From Geomonas sp. (GTDB lineage: Bacteria; Desulfobacterota; Desulfuromonadia; Geobacterales; Geobacteraceae), in NCBI GenBank assembly GCA_035255025.1, contig DATFAB010000073.1, positions 18,186 through 82,185 on the forward strand: a stretch of DNA of 64,000 nt, in the 5' to 3' direction. Every line of letters starts with the position of its first letter. Within the stretch, counting starts at the first letter, position 1. The translations under genes were made by a program, and so were the position numbers. The notes beneath the pieces are model-generated. The model ran no database searches, was not told the origin of the DNA, and saw only the letters and a list, made by a program, of their open reading frames with translations. Shown here piece after piece: positions 20,201-28,561 of the stretch.

Positions 20201-20606
20201 GCTTTCCCAGCAAGGGATCCCCTTCTGCAGGCTGGACGGTTCCACCCCGGTTTCGCGCCGAAAGCAGCTCGTCGAGCGTTTTCAGAACTCGCCGGAGCCT
20301 TCCGCCTTCCTGTTGAGCCTCAAGGCGGGCGGCAGGGGGCTCAACCTGACCAGGGCCTCCTACGTCTTCCACCTCGACCCCTGGTGGAACCCGGCCGTGG
20401 AGAACCAGGCCTCGGACCGCGCCCACCGGATCGGCCAGCAGCGGCAGGTCACCATCACCAGGCTGCTGATGCGGCATACCATCGAGGAAAAGATGATGGA
20501 ACTGAAGAAGAGAAAGCTGAAGCTCTACCGGGCGCTTCTGGAGGACGCCGAGCACGAGGGGGCGACTTCCATCGGGCGCGAGGATTTCGAGTTCCTGCTG
20601 GGGTAG
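17238..20606 (+). CDS. SWIM zinc-finger SNF2-family helicase-like ATPase
   Basis: N-terminal CDC..CPH SWIM motif; LRNYQ, LADDMGLGKT, FDEAQSIKN, TGTPVEN, LSLKAGGRGLNLT, DPWWNPAVENQASDRAHRIGQ. Confidence 0.93.
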   Translation: MDQSHNALLRHLLEMPPAVIYALADKVDLFNGFELCKKEPVSRLDWSEDGSTVTIELHDHGVFQVALSLSRGELSTTCDCGVWSPRGRCPHLVAAMATVKKALSPSSFPMFQLPSRYLSSIRSQLLSVSSADAASRANEVPVEPRYALVVERVDREVIIRLCRGGVPVILLDPELTPSVRDFLRLLYNPALRGRCVEDFLVRFGGRYPILYAGAGSTLPLSFHPAVQRSILLHMDLREDELRVEKTLDDGTPLGGDSFVGDGYYFDLSLARIQKVDDAGANRYLTRLLASLQLVREPQVAQAGDALVIGRESFNQSQFTVAEQELPAFLQRTALYVAGEKSAFRELTPRYRLNILELTDQVQVAAEGVAEGMAFPLSREAFWFFSATGRAQFPQPLRAKKRVAAILSACFAALEGSSRAERDKIVRHALDTPDFAKRGIKSEARKIIAGFCQAAAEPGLLLQLLGRQWVGIAHEVERQAALLRVLYEIFGVEVFSAAEAPGELSIDRKLFMRNLSWLRSALRAEGFALAMGGEELETVSWTITLDATRSSIDWFELRPEIRSDGELVDEGELQEAIKSGGLFRRGGEMVMLDEQSSRALALFATSAKREVVRVPRLQILDWIALRRGGVRVLLSPEDERIIESLTRFESIPQRRVPSRLKATLRNYQREGYSWLGFLYEHRFGACLADDMGLGKTIQAIALMAGLAEGLIASELERSVPHLVVVPPSLIFNWESELARFYPSLTVGVYRGQGRRADFTGLDLVLTSYGVIQRDIEKLAAHAFNVIVFDEAQSIKNIHAETTGAVRRLTGRFKLTLTGTPVENHLGEYFSVMDLALPGLLGPYEQFRKQMARDDAGFMETLIRRTHPFILRRTKDMIRAELPPKVETDLYLEMNPKQKALYVKTVAQVKATVAEAYSQNAPGKARIIALTAILKLRQICLSSRLLLPEAADRSPKVEFLAEQLQELFDEGHSVLVFSQFTSFLDLVQEGLSQQGIPFCRLDGSTPVSRRKQLVERFQNSPEPSAFLLSLKAGGRGLNLTRASYVFHLDPWWNPAVENQASDRAHRIGQQRQVTITRLLMRHTIEEKMMELKKRKLKLYRALLEDAEHEGATSIGREDFEFLLG

Positions 20607-20634
20607 GCTGGAAGGGTGAAAAGACTTCTGTCTG

Positions 20635-21075
20635 TCAGGCGGTGGGCTGGCAAAAATACCTGCAGAAGGAGAGGGTGTTCCTGCCGTTTTCGGAGCGGTA
20701 GCTGACCTCGTCCATCAGGGTTTCGATGATGAAGAGGCCCATGCCGTTTTCGGGGATGGAGCCGATCTCTTCCGGGTCGAACTCCAGGGTGCGGGGGGCG
20801 AAATCCTCGATCGCCTTGCCGGAGTCGGAGATCTCGAAGGCGATCCGGTCGTGGTGGAGGGTGATGGAGGTGTCGACCCGGTAGCCAAGCTGGTTTCGGT
20901 AGGCGTGGGAGATGGCGTTATTGACCGCTTCCACCACGCAGACCTCCATCTCGCCGTAGGCCTCTTTTTTAAGGGGGGAGCAGGCGCAGACGCCGCGCAC
21001 CGCGTGCCCCAGCAGCGCTACGTCGCTTAGTTTGCTTTCGATGCTCATGTGGAGGGTCTTGCTCGCGCTCTTCAT
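20635..21075 (-). CDS. RsbW/SpoIIAB-like anti-sigma factor Ser/Thr kinase (HATPase_c)
   Basis: EAVNNAISHAY N-box, ISDSG, ENGMGLFII G-box, MDEVSY. Confidence 0.88.
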   Translation of the reverse strand: MKSASKTLHMSIESKLSDVALLGHAVRGVCACSPLKKEAYGEMEVCVVEAVNNAISHAYRNQLGYRVDTSITLHHDRIAFEISDSGKAIEDFAPRTLEFDPEEIGSIPENGMGLFIIETLMDEVSYRSENGRNTLSFCRYFCQPTA

Positions 21076-21124
21076 CCCTGTCTTCCCGTCTCCCGATTAC
21101 TTAATGTGAAGAAGGCAAACCGTT

Positions 21125-21255
21125 TGCCACGGAGACACGGAGTACGCGGAGAAAATCGCCAGGGGGAAAACAGGCCGGGGAGGGGACGAGGCATCCTGGT
21201 TTCTTTTCTCTTTCGGTCCTGCGCTTTTCTCCGTGGTCTTCGTGCCTCGGTGGCA
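21125..21255. repeat. 131-bp element bounded by 31-bp imperfect inverted repeats
   Basis: TGCCACGGAGACACGGAGTACGCGGAGAAAA (21125-21155) versus TTTTCTCCGTGGTCTTCGTGCCTCGGTGGCA (21225-21255), 25/31 complementary. Confidence 0.8.
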
Positions 21256-21270
21256 GATGGTTTTATCCTG

Positions 21271-21711
21271 CTATTTTCGCTCGGACTGCTCCACCCACGA
21301 CTGGGTCACCGAGAGGTGTTTCAGGAATTCCGCAGCGAAAAGGAATTCCCCGGCGGGAGCCGGAACGTTGATGCTCTCCTCGCCCCGCTGGATCGAGAAG
21401 GCGTACCCCTTCCTGCCGTTTCTCTCGTAGCACTCGACACTCAGCTTGCTCACCGTTTCCACTTCGCCCGCTTCGAACTTGTGGGTCAGCGTCTCTTTAC
21501 CCCCCTGCGCCTGAACCGCAAGGATCCTCCGGTGCAGTTCGAAGGCTTCCCAAGGCTCCGCCACGAAGCGGAGCTGGTGGCTTTTGCCGGAGAGCTTGAA
21601 GAAGCGAAGCAGAACCCGTCCTGCCTCGGGTTTTCCCTGCTGGCTTTTCTCGGTGGGCGCGAACTCGACCCCGGTTTCCTTGGAATAGATGGTGAAGGTG
21701 GGGATTCTCAT
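21271..21711 (-). CDS. Hypothetical protein, candidate Whirly-like ssDNA-binding fold
   Basis: GGAGG RBS before ATG; typical codon usage; repeated beta4-alpha pattern (see findings). Confidence 0.8.
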   Translation of the reverse strand: MRIPTFTIYSKETGVEFAPTEKSQQGKPEAGRVLLRFFKLSGKSHQLRFVAEPWEAFELHRRILAVQAQGGKETLTHKFEAGEVETVSKLSVECYERNGRKGYAFSIQRGEESINVPAPAGEFLFAAEFLKHLSVTQSWVEQSERK

Positions 21712-21766
21712 TGGTGACCTCCGGGCAACCCCATAACTTTAGCGTCCAAACTTTCTTTGTCAAACG

Positions 21767-22462
21767 CTACAGCAGCACTGGGAGCCTTTCTCCGAGGATG
21801 ATCTCCCCCGGAGTCACCACGGCGCGATAGGCCAGCAGCTCTACGCCTGCCCGGGCCGCTTCCCGCAGCTGCGCCCCGTAGCCGGGGTCGATGGCGTCGG
21901 CGGGGGAGAGCCGCTCGCCGTCGGCCCGCTGCACCACGAAGAAGTTCACCGCCCGGTGCCCCTGGCGCACCATCTCCATCAGTTCTCTCAGGTGTTTCTG
22001 GCCACGCGCGCTCACCGCGTCTGGGAAGAGGGCGCTGCCGTTTTCCACCAGGGTGACGTTCTTGACCTCGACATAGCAGTGGCCGGCCGCTCCCGAGAGC
22101 AACAGGTCGATGCGGCTGCCGGTTCCGTAGGGGACCTCGCCGCGGATTAAGTGGTAACCGGCCAGCTCCCGCACGATCCCCTTTTCGATCCCCTCCCGCA
22201 CCAGGTGGTTTGGGAGCTGCGTGTTGATACCCACCCAGACACCGTCTGCCTGCACCAGTTCCCAAGAGTGCGGGTACTTCCTGCCGGGATTGTTGCTTTT
22301 GGAGAGCAGTACCCGGTTGCCCGGTACGGCGCATCCCTTCATGCTCCCGGTGTTGGGGGTGTGCGCGGTGACCAGGCTGCCGTCGTCCAGCCGGACGTCG
22401 GCCAAAAAGCGCTGGTAGCGGCGCAGCAGGGTCCCCTGGTAAAGAGGCTTTGGCAAAATCAT
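21767..22462 (-). CDS. sfsA: DNA/RNA nuclease SfsA (sugar fermentation stimulation protein A)
   Basis: RRYQRFLADV, AHTPNTGSM, SRIDLLL, YVEVKNVT, FPDAVSARGQKHLREL. Confidence 0.95.
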   Translation of the reverse strand: MILPKPLYQGTLLRRYQRFLADVRLDDGSLVTAHTPNTGSMKGCAVPGNRVLLSKSNNPGRKYPHSWELVQADGVWVGINTQLPNHLVREGIEKGIVRELAGYHLIRGEVPYGTGSRIDLLLSGAAGHCYVEVKNVTLVENGSALFPDAVSARGQKHLRELMEMVRQGHRAVNFFVVQRADGERLSPADAIDPGYGAQLREAARAGVELLAYRAVVTPGEIILGERLPVLL

Positions 22463-22591
22463 ACATTCTTCCCCGGTATCAGGAGTTCTCTTTCTCGAGC
22501 GGCGAAAGTGGCCTTGGCCGGGGAGCTTACTCTTGGTGCCACGCACTGTCCAGCGCAAAGTACCTGCTGCGGGGTGCAGCCGGGCGGACAC

Positions 22592-22625
22592 GAAAAAACC
22601 CCTGTCCTTCGACAGGGGTTTTTTC
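22592..22625. terminator. Intrinsic terminator (bidirectional form)
   Basis: GAAAAAACCCCTGTC-CTTC-GACAGGGGTTTTTTC. Confidence 0.85.
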
Positions 22626-22663
22626 GTTCCACTTGTATATGACGATCGGCAGAAGCCGGCGGG

Positions 22664-22792
22664 TTACTGCTTTTTCCCGCTACCCTTGCACAACGTGCAG
22701 GGAACTTCTATCTGATCGTAGCCGGTTTGACGGGACGCGGTGGAGATTTTACCTTTCCCTTTGCATTTCGGGCAGACTGTACCGGTGTCCAT
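22664..22792 (-). CDS. 42-aa DnaJ-type zinc-finger microprotein (not in ORF track)
   Basis: GGAGGAGG RBS; MDTGTVCPKCKGKGKISTASRQTGYDQIEVPCTLCKGSGKKQ with two CxxCxGxG motifs; terminator just downstream. Confidence 0.8.
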   Translation of the reverse strand: MDTGTVCPKCKGKGKISTASRQTGYDQIEVPCTLCKGSGKKQ

Positions 22793-22991
22793 AACCTCCT
22801 CCTTTCTTTGCAATCTTCTTGACTGTATTCTAGCAAAACGGGCCTAAAGTATCTACTGCCTCGCCACTGTCACGGCTTTGGCGTTGAAAAGGGATAGAGG
22901 CATGTGTATCCTGCCCTGGACGGTCCTCCTGACTGACTGAACGCGGCGTCCGCCCGCTCAGTCTCAGTACTGTTGGTTGCTGGAGACAGTG

Positions 22992-23150
22992 GTGAATAAA
23001 TTGGAAGACACTCTCATGGTCGTGGTGTCAGTCGCTTTTCTGCTGCTGTCCGCTGCCCTGTTTGCCATCCTGTGGTTTTACCCCTCGCTGCCGGTCAAAA
23101 TGCGCCTGTTCTTTCCCGACCTCCATAAGGGGAGGTCTGAAAAGTGTTGA
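22992..23150 (+). CDS. Putative 52-aa single-TM microprotein (not in ORF track)
   Basis: GGAG then GTG; MNKLEDTLMVVVSVAFLLLSAALFAILWFYPSLPVKMRLFFPDLHKGRSEKC. Confidence 0.4.
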   Translation: MNKLEDTLMVVVSVAFLLLSAALFAILWFYPSLPVKMRLFFPDLHKGRSEKC

Positions 23151-23205
23151 TCCCATTGGCCATTCTGCTACACTGGGGCGTGCATCAAATTTACCCGGAG
23201 GGGAT

Positions 23206-23580
23206 ATGGCCAAGGGAAGCCAGCTCAACAAGGAACATCTGGCAGCGGTATCTCAGTTCGGCAAGGCCATAGCCAAGCGGGCAGGCTTTCGCTGCGAGTG
23301 GTGCGGCGGAGATGCAGGGCTGCGCCTTTGGGAGTACCAGCCCGACCGGGAGCCCGCCGAAGAGAACCTGGCCCTGCTCTGCGAGGAGTGCCGGACCCTT
23401 GCCGGCGCGAAAAGCGCCGACCCCAAACGGCTGCGTTCCCTGCGCAACGCCCTCTGGAGCGACGTGCCGGCGGTAGCGGAAGGCGCCGCCATCGTGCTGT
23501 CGCGCTGCAAGGAGCCGTGGGCGCGCGAGGCGATCGAAGAGAGCTTCATCGCCGATGCGCTCAAGGAGAGGCTTTTGTGA
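23206..23580 (+). CDS. PhnA-like zinc-ribbon protein
   Basis: GGAGG RBS; CEWCG..LCEEC Cys pairs; LRNALWSDVPAV motif. Confidence 0.75.
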   Translation: MAKGSQLNKEHLAAVSQFGKAIAKRAGFRCEWCGGDAGLRLWEYQPDREPAEENLALLCEECRTLAGAKSADPKRLRSLRNALWSDVPAVAEGAAIVLSRCKEPWAREAIEESFIADALKERLL

Positions 23581-23674
23581 CGGCTAAGATGCCGGATTAT
23601 GTTTGACGCCGGCTGCTTCGATGTGGTAGGAAATATGGTTCGTTAATGCAATTTCTGCTCTGACAAGAGGGTTT

Positions 23675-24577
23675 ATGGCACAAGGTATCAAGAAGGGGAT
23701 CGTGCTGGCCGGCGGCGCCGGCAGCAGGCTCTACCCGCTCACGTTGGTGGCCAGCAAGCAGCTGCAGCCGGTCTATGATAAGCCGATGATCTACTACCCG
23801 CTGGCCACGCTGATGACCGCCGGCATCTCGGACATCCTGATCATCTCGACACCGCACGACACCCCCCGTTTCCAGGCGCTTCTGGGTGACGGCTCCCGCT
23901 GGGGGATCCGGCTCACCTACGCCATCCAGGAGGAACCCAAGGGGATCGCCCAGGCCTTCCTGGTCGGCGAGGAGTTCATCGCCAAGGAGCCGGTCTGCCT
24001 GATCCTCGGGGACAACATCTTCTACGGCAAGATGGGGCTGGACCGCCTGGTGGCCAATTTCGACGGCGGCGCCAAGATCTTCGGCTATTACGTCCAGGAC
24101 CCCGAGCGCTACGGCGTGGTCGATTTCGACGCGGCGGGCAATGTCCTGAGCATCGAGGAGAAGCCGGCCGTGCCCAAGTCCAACTACGCGGTTCCCGGCC
24201 TCTACCTCTACGACAGCCAGGTGGTGGAGATCGCCAAGCACATGAAGCCCTCGGCGCGCGGGGAACTGGAGATCACCGATGTCAACCTGACCTACCTAAG
24301 GCAGGGTCAGCTCTCGGTGGAAAAGCTCGGCCGCGGCATCGCCTGGCTCGATACCGGCACCCACCAGAGCCTTCTGGAGGCTTCCCATTTCATCGGCACT
24401 CTGGAGGCGCGCCAGGGGCTGAAGATCGCCTGCCTCGAGGAAATCGCGCTCAGGATGGGTTACCTGGACTGCAAGGCGATGGCTGAGGTCATCGACGCTA
24501 CCCCCAAATCTTCCTACCGGGAATATCTGCTGAGGGTTTACAACGAGAGCACGCTGTGCGGGGGAGGAAAGAAGTGA
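23675..24577 (+). CDS. rfbA: Glucose-1-phosphate thymidylyltransferase
   Basis: [58 protein letters not shown]. Confidence 0.96.
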   Translation: MAQGIKKGIVLAGGAGSRLYPLTLVASKQLQPVYDKPMIYYPLATLMTAGISDILIISTPHDTPRFQALLGDGSRWGIRLTYAIQEEPKGIAQAFLVGEEFIAKEPVCLILGDNIFYGKMGLDRLVANFDGGAKIFGYYVQDPERYGVVDFDAAGNVLSIEEKPAVPKSNYAVPGLYLYDSQVVEIAKHMKPSARGELEITDVNLTYLRQGQLSVEKLGRGIAWLDTGTHQSLLEASHFIGTLEARQGLKIACLEEIALRMGYLDCKAMAEVIDATPKSSYREYLLRVYNESTLCGGGKK

Positions 24578-25065
24578 TGACTGCAGCAAAGAGCTACACG
24601 AAGGGACAGATACACGACGTGACGGTGAAGCCCCTCAGGAAGTTCATCGACGAGCGCGGCTGGCTGGCCGAACTGTACAGAAGCGACGAACTGGGCGCCG
24701 ACATCATGCCGACCATGGCCTACATCTCCATGACCCAGCCCGGCGTGGCCCGCGGTCCGCACGAGCACCGGGACCAGACCGACTACTTCTGCTTTATCGG
24801 CCCCTCCAACTTCAAGGTTTACCTGTGGGACGCGCGCCCCGCTTCCCCCAGCTACGGCGTGAAGCAGGTGATCTACGGCGGCGTGGATGCCCCCCTGATG
24901 GTGGTGGTGCCGCCGGGTGTGGTGCATGCCTACCGCAACGTCGGCATCGAGCACGGCATCGTCTTCAACGGCCCCAACCGGCTCTACGCCGGAGAGGGGA
25001 AGAAGGAGCCGGTCGACGAGATCCGGCATGAAGAGGCGGTCGATTCGCCTTTCCAGCTCGATTAG
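24577..25065 (+). CDS. rfbC: dTDP-4-dehydrorhamnose 3,5-epimerase family (cupin)
   Basis: DERGWLAE, GVARGPHEH, VPPGVVHAY; start overlaps rfbA stop (TGATG). Confidence 0.85.
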   Translation: MTAAKSYTKGQIHDVTVKPLRKFIDERGWLAELYRSDELGADIMPTMAYISMTQPGVARGPHEHRDQTDYFCFIGPSNFKVYLWDARPASPSYGVKQVIYGGVDAPLMVVVPPGVVHAYRNVGIEHGIVFNGPNRLYAGEGKKEPVDEIRHEEAVDSPFQLD

Positions 25066-25149
25066 CAGCTTGCCCCAAGGGGTAAGGGCGCAATGATGTT
25101 TTGACACGATAGGGGGCCAGGGTGCCCCCTAAACCATTTTTGAGACCCG

Positions 25150-25974
25150 ATGAGACAGTTTCTGATCCGCCACAAGCGATTCCTGATTACCGCGCTGTTA
25201 CTGGTGGCGGCATTTTTCACCTACGCCCTCAACCTCAGGAACAAGGAGCACGCAAACCCCCTGGAGCGGAGCGTGATGGCGGTCACCGGGCCGCTGGCCC
25301 AGGGGGTGGCGGTCACCAACGGCACCCTCGGGCACATCTGGAACGACTACATCGACCTGATCGATGTGCGGCGGGAGAACATCCAGCTCCGGAAAAGCGT
25401 CAAGCGGCTGAACGAGAGGATCGTGGCCGACAACGAGGCGGTCGCCGCCAATGCGAGGCTCAAGGCGCTGCTCGATTTGAAAGGGACCCTGCCGGACCCT
25501 TCGGTGGCCGTTTCCGTGATCGGCGAGGACAGCTCGGCCTGGTTCAAGACCCTGGTGGTAGACCGCGGCAGCTCGGACGGGCTGGAAGAAGGGATGCCGG
25601 TGGTGGCCGCGGGTGGGGTGGTAGGCCGCCTGGTCAAGGTGGGCCCCCAAAGCTCCCGCGTCCTTTTGCTGACCGACCACGCCAGCGCCATCGCCGCCAT
25701 CATCCAGCGCTCCCGTGCGCGCGGCGTCGTGCGCGGCGCGGGGGGCGGCCGCTGCTCCCTGGAGTTCACCGTCAAGGACGATGACGTCAAGGTGGGCGAT
25801 ACCGTGATCACCTCCGGCATCGGCGGGGTGTTCCCCAAGGGGCTTCCCATCGGAGAGGTTACCATGGTAAAAAAAGGTCAGTACGGGGTCTTCCAGACCA
25901 TCGAGGTGCGCCCCTCGGTCAACATCGGCAGGCTGGAAGAGATGCTGGTGCTGGTCCGCAAGGCGCACGAATAA
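25150..25974 (+). CDS. mreC: Rod shape-determining protein MreC
   Basis: N-terminal TM, coiled coil, DRGSSDG..GMPVV..GVVGR, VITSGIGGVFPKG. Confidence 0.95.
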   Translation: MRQFLIRHKRFLITALLLVAAFFTYALNLRNKEHANPLERSVMAVTGPLAQGVAVTNGTLGHIWNDYIDLIDVRRENIQLRKSVKRLNERIVADNEAVAANARLKALLDLKGTLPDPSVAVSVIGEDSSAWFKTLVVDRGSSDGLEEGMPVVAAGGVVGRLVKVGPQSSRVLLLTDHASAIAAIIQRSRARGVVRGAGGGRCSLEFTVKDDDVKVGDTVITSGIGGVFPKGLPIGEVTMVKKGQYGVFQTIEVRPSVNIGRLEEMLVLVRKAHE

Positions 25975-25981
25975 GAAAGCC

Positions 25982-26467
25982 ATGATACAGTACCTCAAAA
26001 TAACCGGCTGCGTGCTGGCCGCCCTTTTGCTCCAGATGACCCTCCTGCCGCAGTATCTCCAGGACCCCTTCCAGCCCAACCTGATCATCATCCTGGTCGT
26101 CTGGCTGGGCCTTAAATGGCCTGGCGGCTGGGCCGGGGTGGGGGCCTTCGGCCTGGGTCTCCTGCAGGACAGCTTCAGCGGCATCTACCTCGGGCTGAAC
26201 GGCTTTTCCTACCTCTGCATCTACACCGTCCTCTCCAGCCTGGCGGACCGCCTCTATACCGACAACCGGGTGCTCCTGGTGCTGGTGGTGTTCCTGGCAA
26301 CCCTGGGCAGCGCCCTTTTGAACGTGCTGATGCTCGCCGTCTTCTCCGTCTCCAAGGGGATCTACGCCTCGGTGCTGCCGGCCCTGGTGCCCCAGGCACT
26401 GATGAACGCGCTGGTCGCTTCCCTGCTCTTTTGTATGCGGCTGCCGGTCTCGGAGGAGTCGCGATGA
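25982..26467 (+). CDS. mreD: Rod shape-determining protein MreD
   Basis: Polytopic membrane protein with GLLQDSFSGIYLG, between mreC and pbp2. Confidence 0.92.
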   Translation: MIQYLKITGCVLAALLLQMTLLPQYLQDPFQPNLIIILVVWLGLKWPGGWAGVGAFGLGLLQDSFSGIYLGLNGFSYLCIYTVLSSLADRLYTDNRVLLVLVVFLATLGSALLNVLMLAVFSVSKGIYASVLPALVPQALMNALVASLLFCMRLPVSEESR

Positions 26468-28446
26468 AAAAGCAGCACGAGAACATCATCCCGGACGATG
26501 ACGGTTCGCGCAGGCTGATCGGGCTCTCGCTGGGAGCCTGCTTCATGTTCTTCCTGATCCTTTCCCGGCTCTGGTACCTGCAGGTGATCGACACCGAGAA
26601 CCTGCTCGACCAGTCGGAGAGCAACCGCCTGCGCTTCGTGCCGGTGGCCGCCCCGCGCGGCGCCATCGTGGACCGAAACGGCAAGGTGCTGGTCTCCAAC
26701 ACCCCCTCCTTCTCGGTGGCCGTCATCCCGCAGGACGTCAAGAACAAGGAGCAGCTGGTCGCCAACCTCTCCAAGTACCTGAACATCGATCCCGCCGACA
26801 TCCTGGACAAGTGGACCAAGGGACAGGGGCGCGCCAAGTATTACCCGCTGGTGGTCGCCTCCGGCATCAGCCGCGACCAGATGGAGTTCCTGGAGGAAAA
26901 CCGCCTGGCGCTCTCCGGCGTCAACATCGAGATGAAGCCGGTGCGTGCCTACAACTACGGCGACCTTGCCGCCCACCTTTTGGGCTACCTGGGCGAGGTC
27001 TCCGAGGATGAGCTCAATTCGGACCGCTACAAGGATTACAACGCCGGCGACTACACCGGCAAAAGCGGCATCGAGAAGAGCTGGGAGAGCTACCTGCACG
27101 GCACCGACGGCGGGCGCCAGATCGAGGTGGACGCGCGCGGCCGTTTCCTGCGCACGGTGGAGGAGAGCGACCCCGCTACCGGCAACACCGTGGTGTTGAC
27201 CATCGACCTGGAGATGCAGAAGGCGGTGGAGGACGCGCTGGGAGGACGGGCCGGCGCCGCGGTGGCCATGGACGTCAACACCGGCGAGATCCTGGCCTTC
27301 GCGAGTTCCCCCAACTTCGACCCGGCCCTCTTCACCGGCCGTATCCCCAAGGACAAGTGGAAGGAGTACCTGGAGGACGAGCGGCACCCGCTGGAGAACA
27401 AGGCGCTCAAGGGGATGTACCCTCCCGGCTCCACCTTCAAGATCGTCACCGCCATCGCCGGCCTGGAGACCGGGCTCATCAACGAGCACAGCTCCGTGGA
27501 GTGCCCGGGCTACTACCGGTTCGGCAATTCCACCTTCAAGTGCTGGGACAAGAAAGGGCACGGCCACGTCGAGCTCAGGAAGGCGCTCAGGGAGTCGTGC
27601 GACGTCTACTTCTACAAGCTCGCCGAGCGCCTGGGGGTGGACCGGATCGCCGAGTACGCCAAGCGGCTGGGGCTCGGAGCGCCGCTGGGGATCGGGCTCG
27701 ACAACGAGAAGGGGGGGGTGATCCCCACCCAGGCCTGGAAGCTCAAGCGTTTCGGCAAGAAGTGGTTCCAGGGGGAAACCCTCTCGGTCGGCATCGGCCA
27801 GGGGTACGTGCTGACCACCCCGGTCCAGCTCGCCTCCATGATCTCCACGGTCGCCAACGAGGGGACCGTGTACCAGCCCCACCTGGTCAAGAAGGTGGTG
27901 GACCAGGACGGCAGGGTGCTCAAGGAATTCCAGCCGCAGGTGCTCAGCAGGGCAGGGCTCAAGCCGGAGACCTACCGGCTGGTCAAGGAAGGGCTGTTCG
28001 CGGTGGTCAACGAGCCGCACGGCACCGGCGGCATGGCCCGGCTTTCCGAGGTCAAGGTGGCCGGCAAGACCGGCTCCTCGCAGGTGGTCAAGCTGCGTGC
28101 CGGCAAGGGGGAGATTCCCTACAAGTACCGTGACCACGCGCTGTTCGTGGCATTTGCCCCTTATGAGAAGCCGGAGATCGCGGTGGCGGTCATCGTCGAG
28201 CACGGCGAGCACGGCGGCAGTGCCGCGGCCCCTATCGCGGGGAGGATGCTCAAGGCGTACTTCGAGCAGAAGGGGGTAATCAAGAAGCCGGTAGCCCGGC
28301 CGCCGAAGGAGGGGGGGGAAGGCGATGCCGCCGAGGGCGCTGCCCCCGGGGCGACCGGGACAGCCGCCGGTTCCACGCCTGCGCCCGGCGCTGCCAAGCC
28401 CGCCGCAGCCGCTCCTGCCGCACCCCAGGAGAAGCCGGGGGATTAG
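26464..28446 (+). CDS. mrdA: Penicillin-binding protein 2
   Basis: RGAIVDRNG, PPGSTFK (SxxK), SCD (SxD), KTGS; Ala/Pro-rich C-terminal tail; ATG overlaps mreD stop. Confidence 0.96.
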   Translation: MKKQHENIIPDDDGSRRLIGLSLGACFMFFLILSRLWYLQVIDTENLLDQSESNRLRFVPVAAPRGAIVDRNGKVLVSNTPSFSVAVIPQDVKNKEQLVANLSKYLNIDPADILDKWTKGQGRAKYYPLVVASGISRDQMEFLEENRLALSGVNIEMKPVRAYNYGDLAAHLLGYLGEVSEDELNSDRYKDYNAGDYTGKSGIEKSWESYLHGTDGGRQIEVDARGRFLRTVEESDPATGNTVVLTIDLEMQKAVEDALGGRAGAAVAMDVNTGEILAFASSPNFDPALFTGRIPKDKWKEYLEDERHPLENKALKGMYPPGSTFKIVTAIAGLETGLINEHSSVECPGYYRFGNSTFKCWDKKGHGHVELRKALRESCDVYFYKLAERLGVDRIAEYAKRLGLGAPLGIGLDNEKGGVIPTQAWKLKRFGKKWFQGETLSVGIGQGYVLTTPVQLASMISTVANEGTVYQPHLVKKVVDQDGRVLKEFQPQVLSRAGLKPETYRLVKEGLFAVVNEPHGTGGMARLSEVKVAGKTGSSQVVKLRAGKGEIPYKYRDHALFVAFAPYEKPEIAVAVIVEHGEHGGSAAAPIAGRMLKAYFEQKGVIKKPVARPPKEGGEGDAAEGAAPGATGTAAGSTPAPGAAKPAAAAPAAPQEKPGD

Positions 28447-28561
28447 CAGAGAAAGGCCCCGGCCCATCTTCTTTGGCCAGCTCTTCCCGGGAAAAACGGA
28501 CAGAGGTCGTTCTCCCCGCCGCCGGCGCAGGCGCTCACCAACATCCTTATACGAGGTTTAG

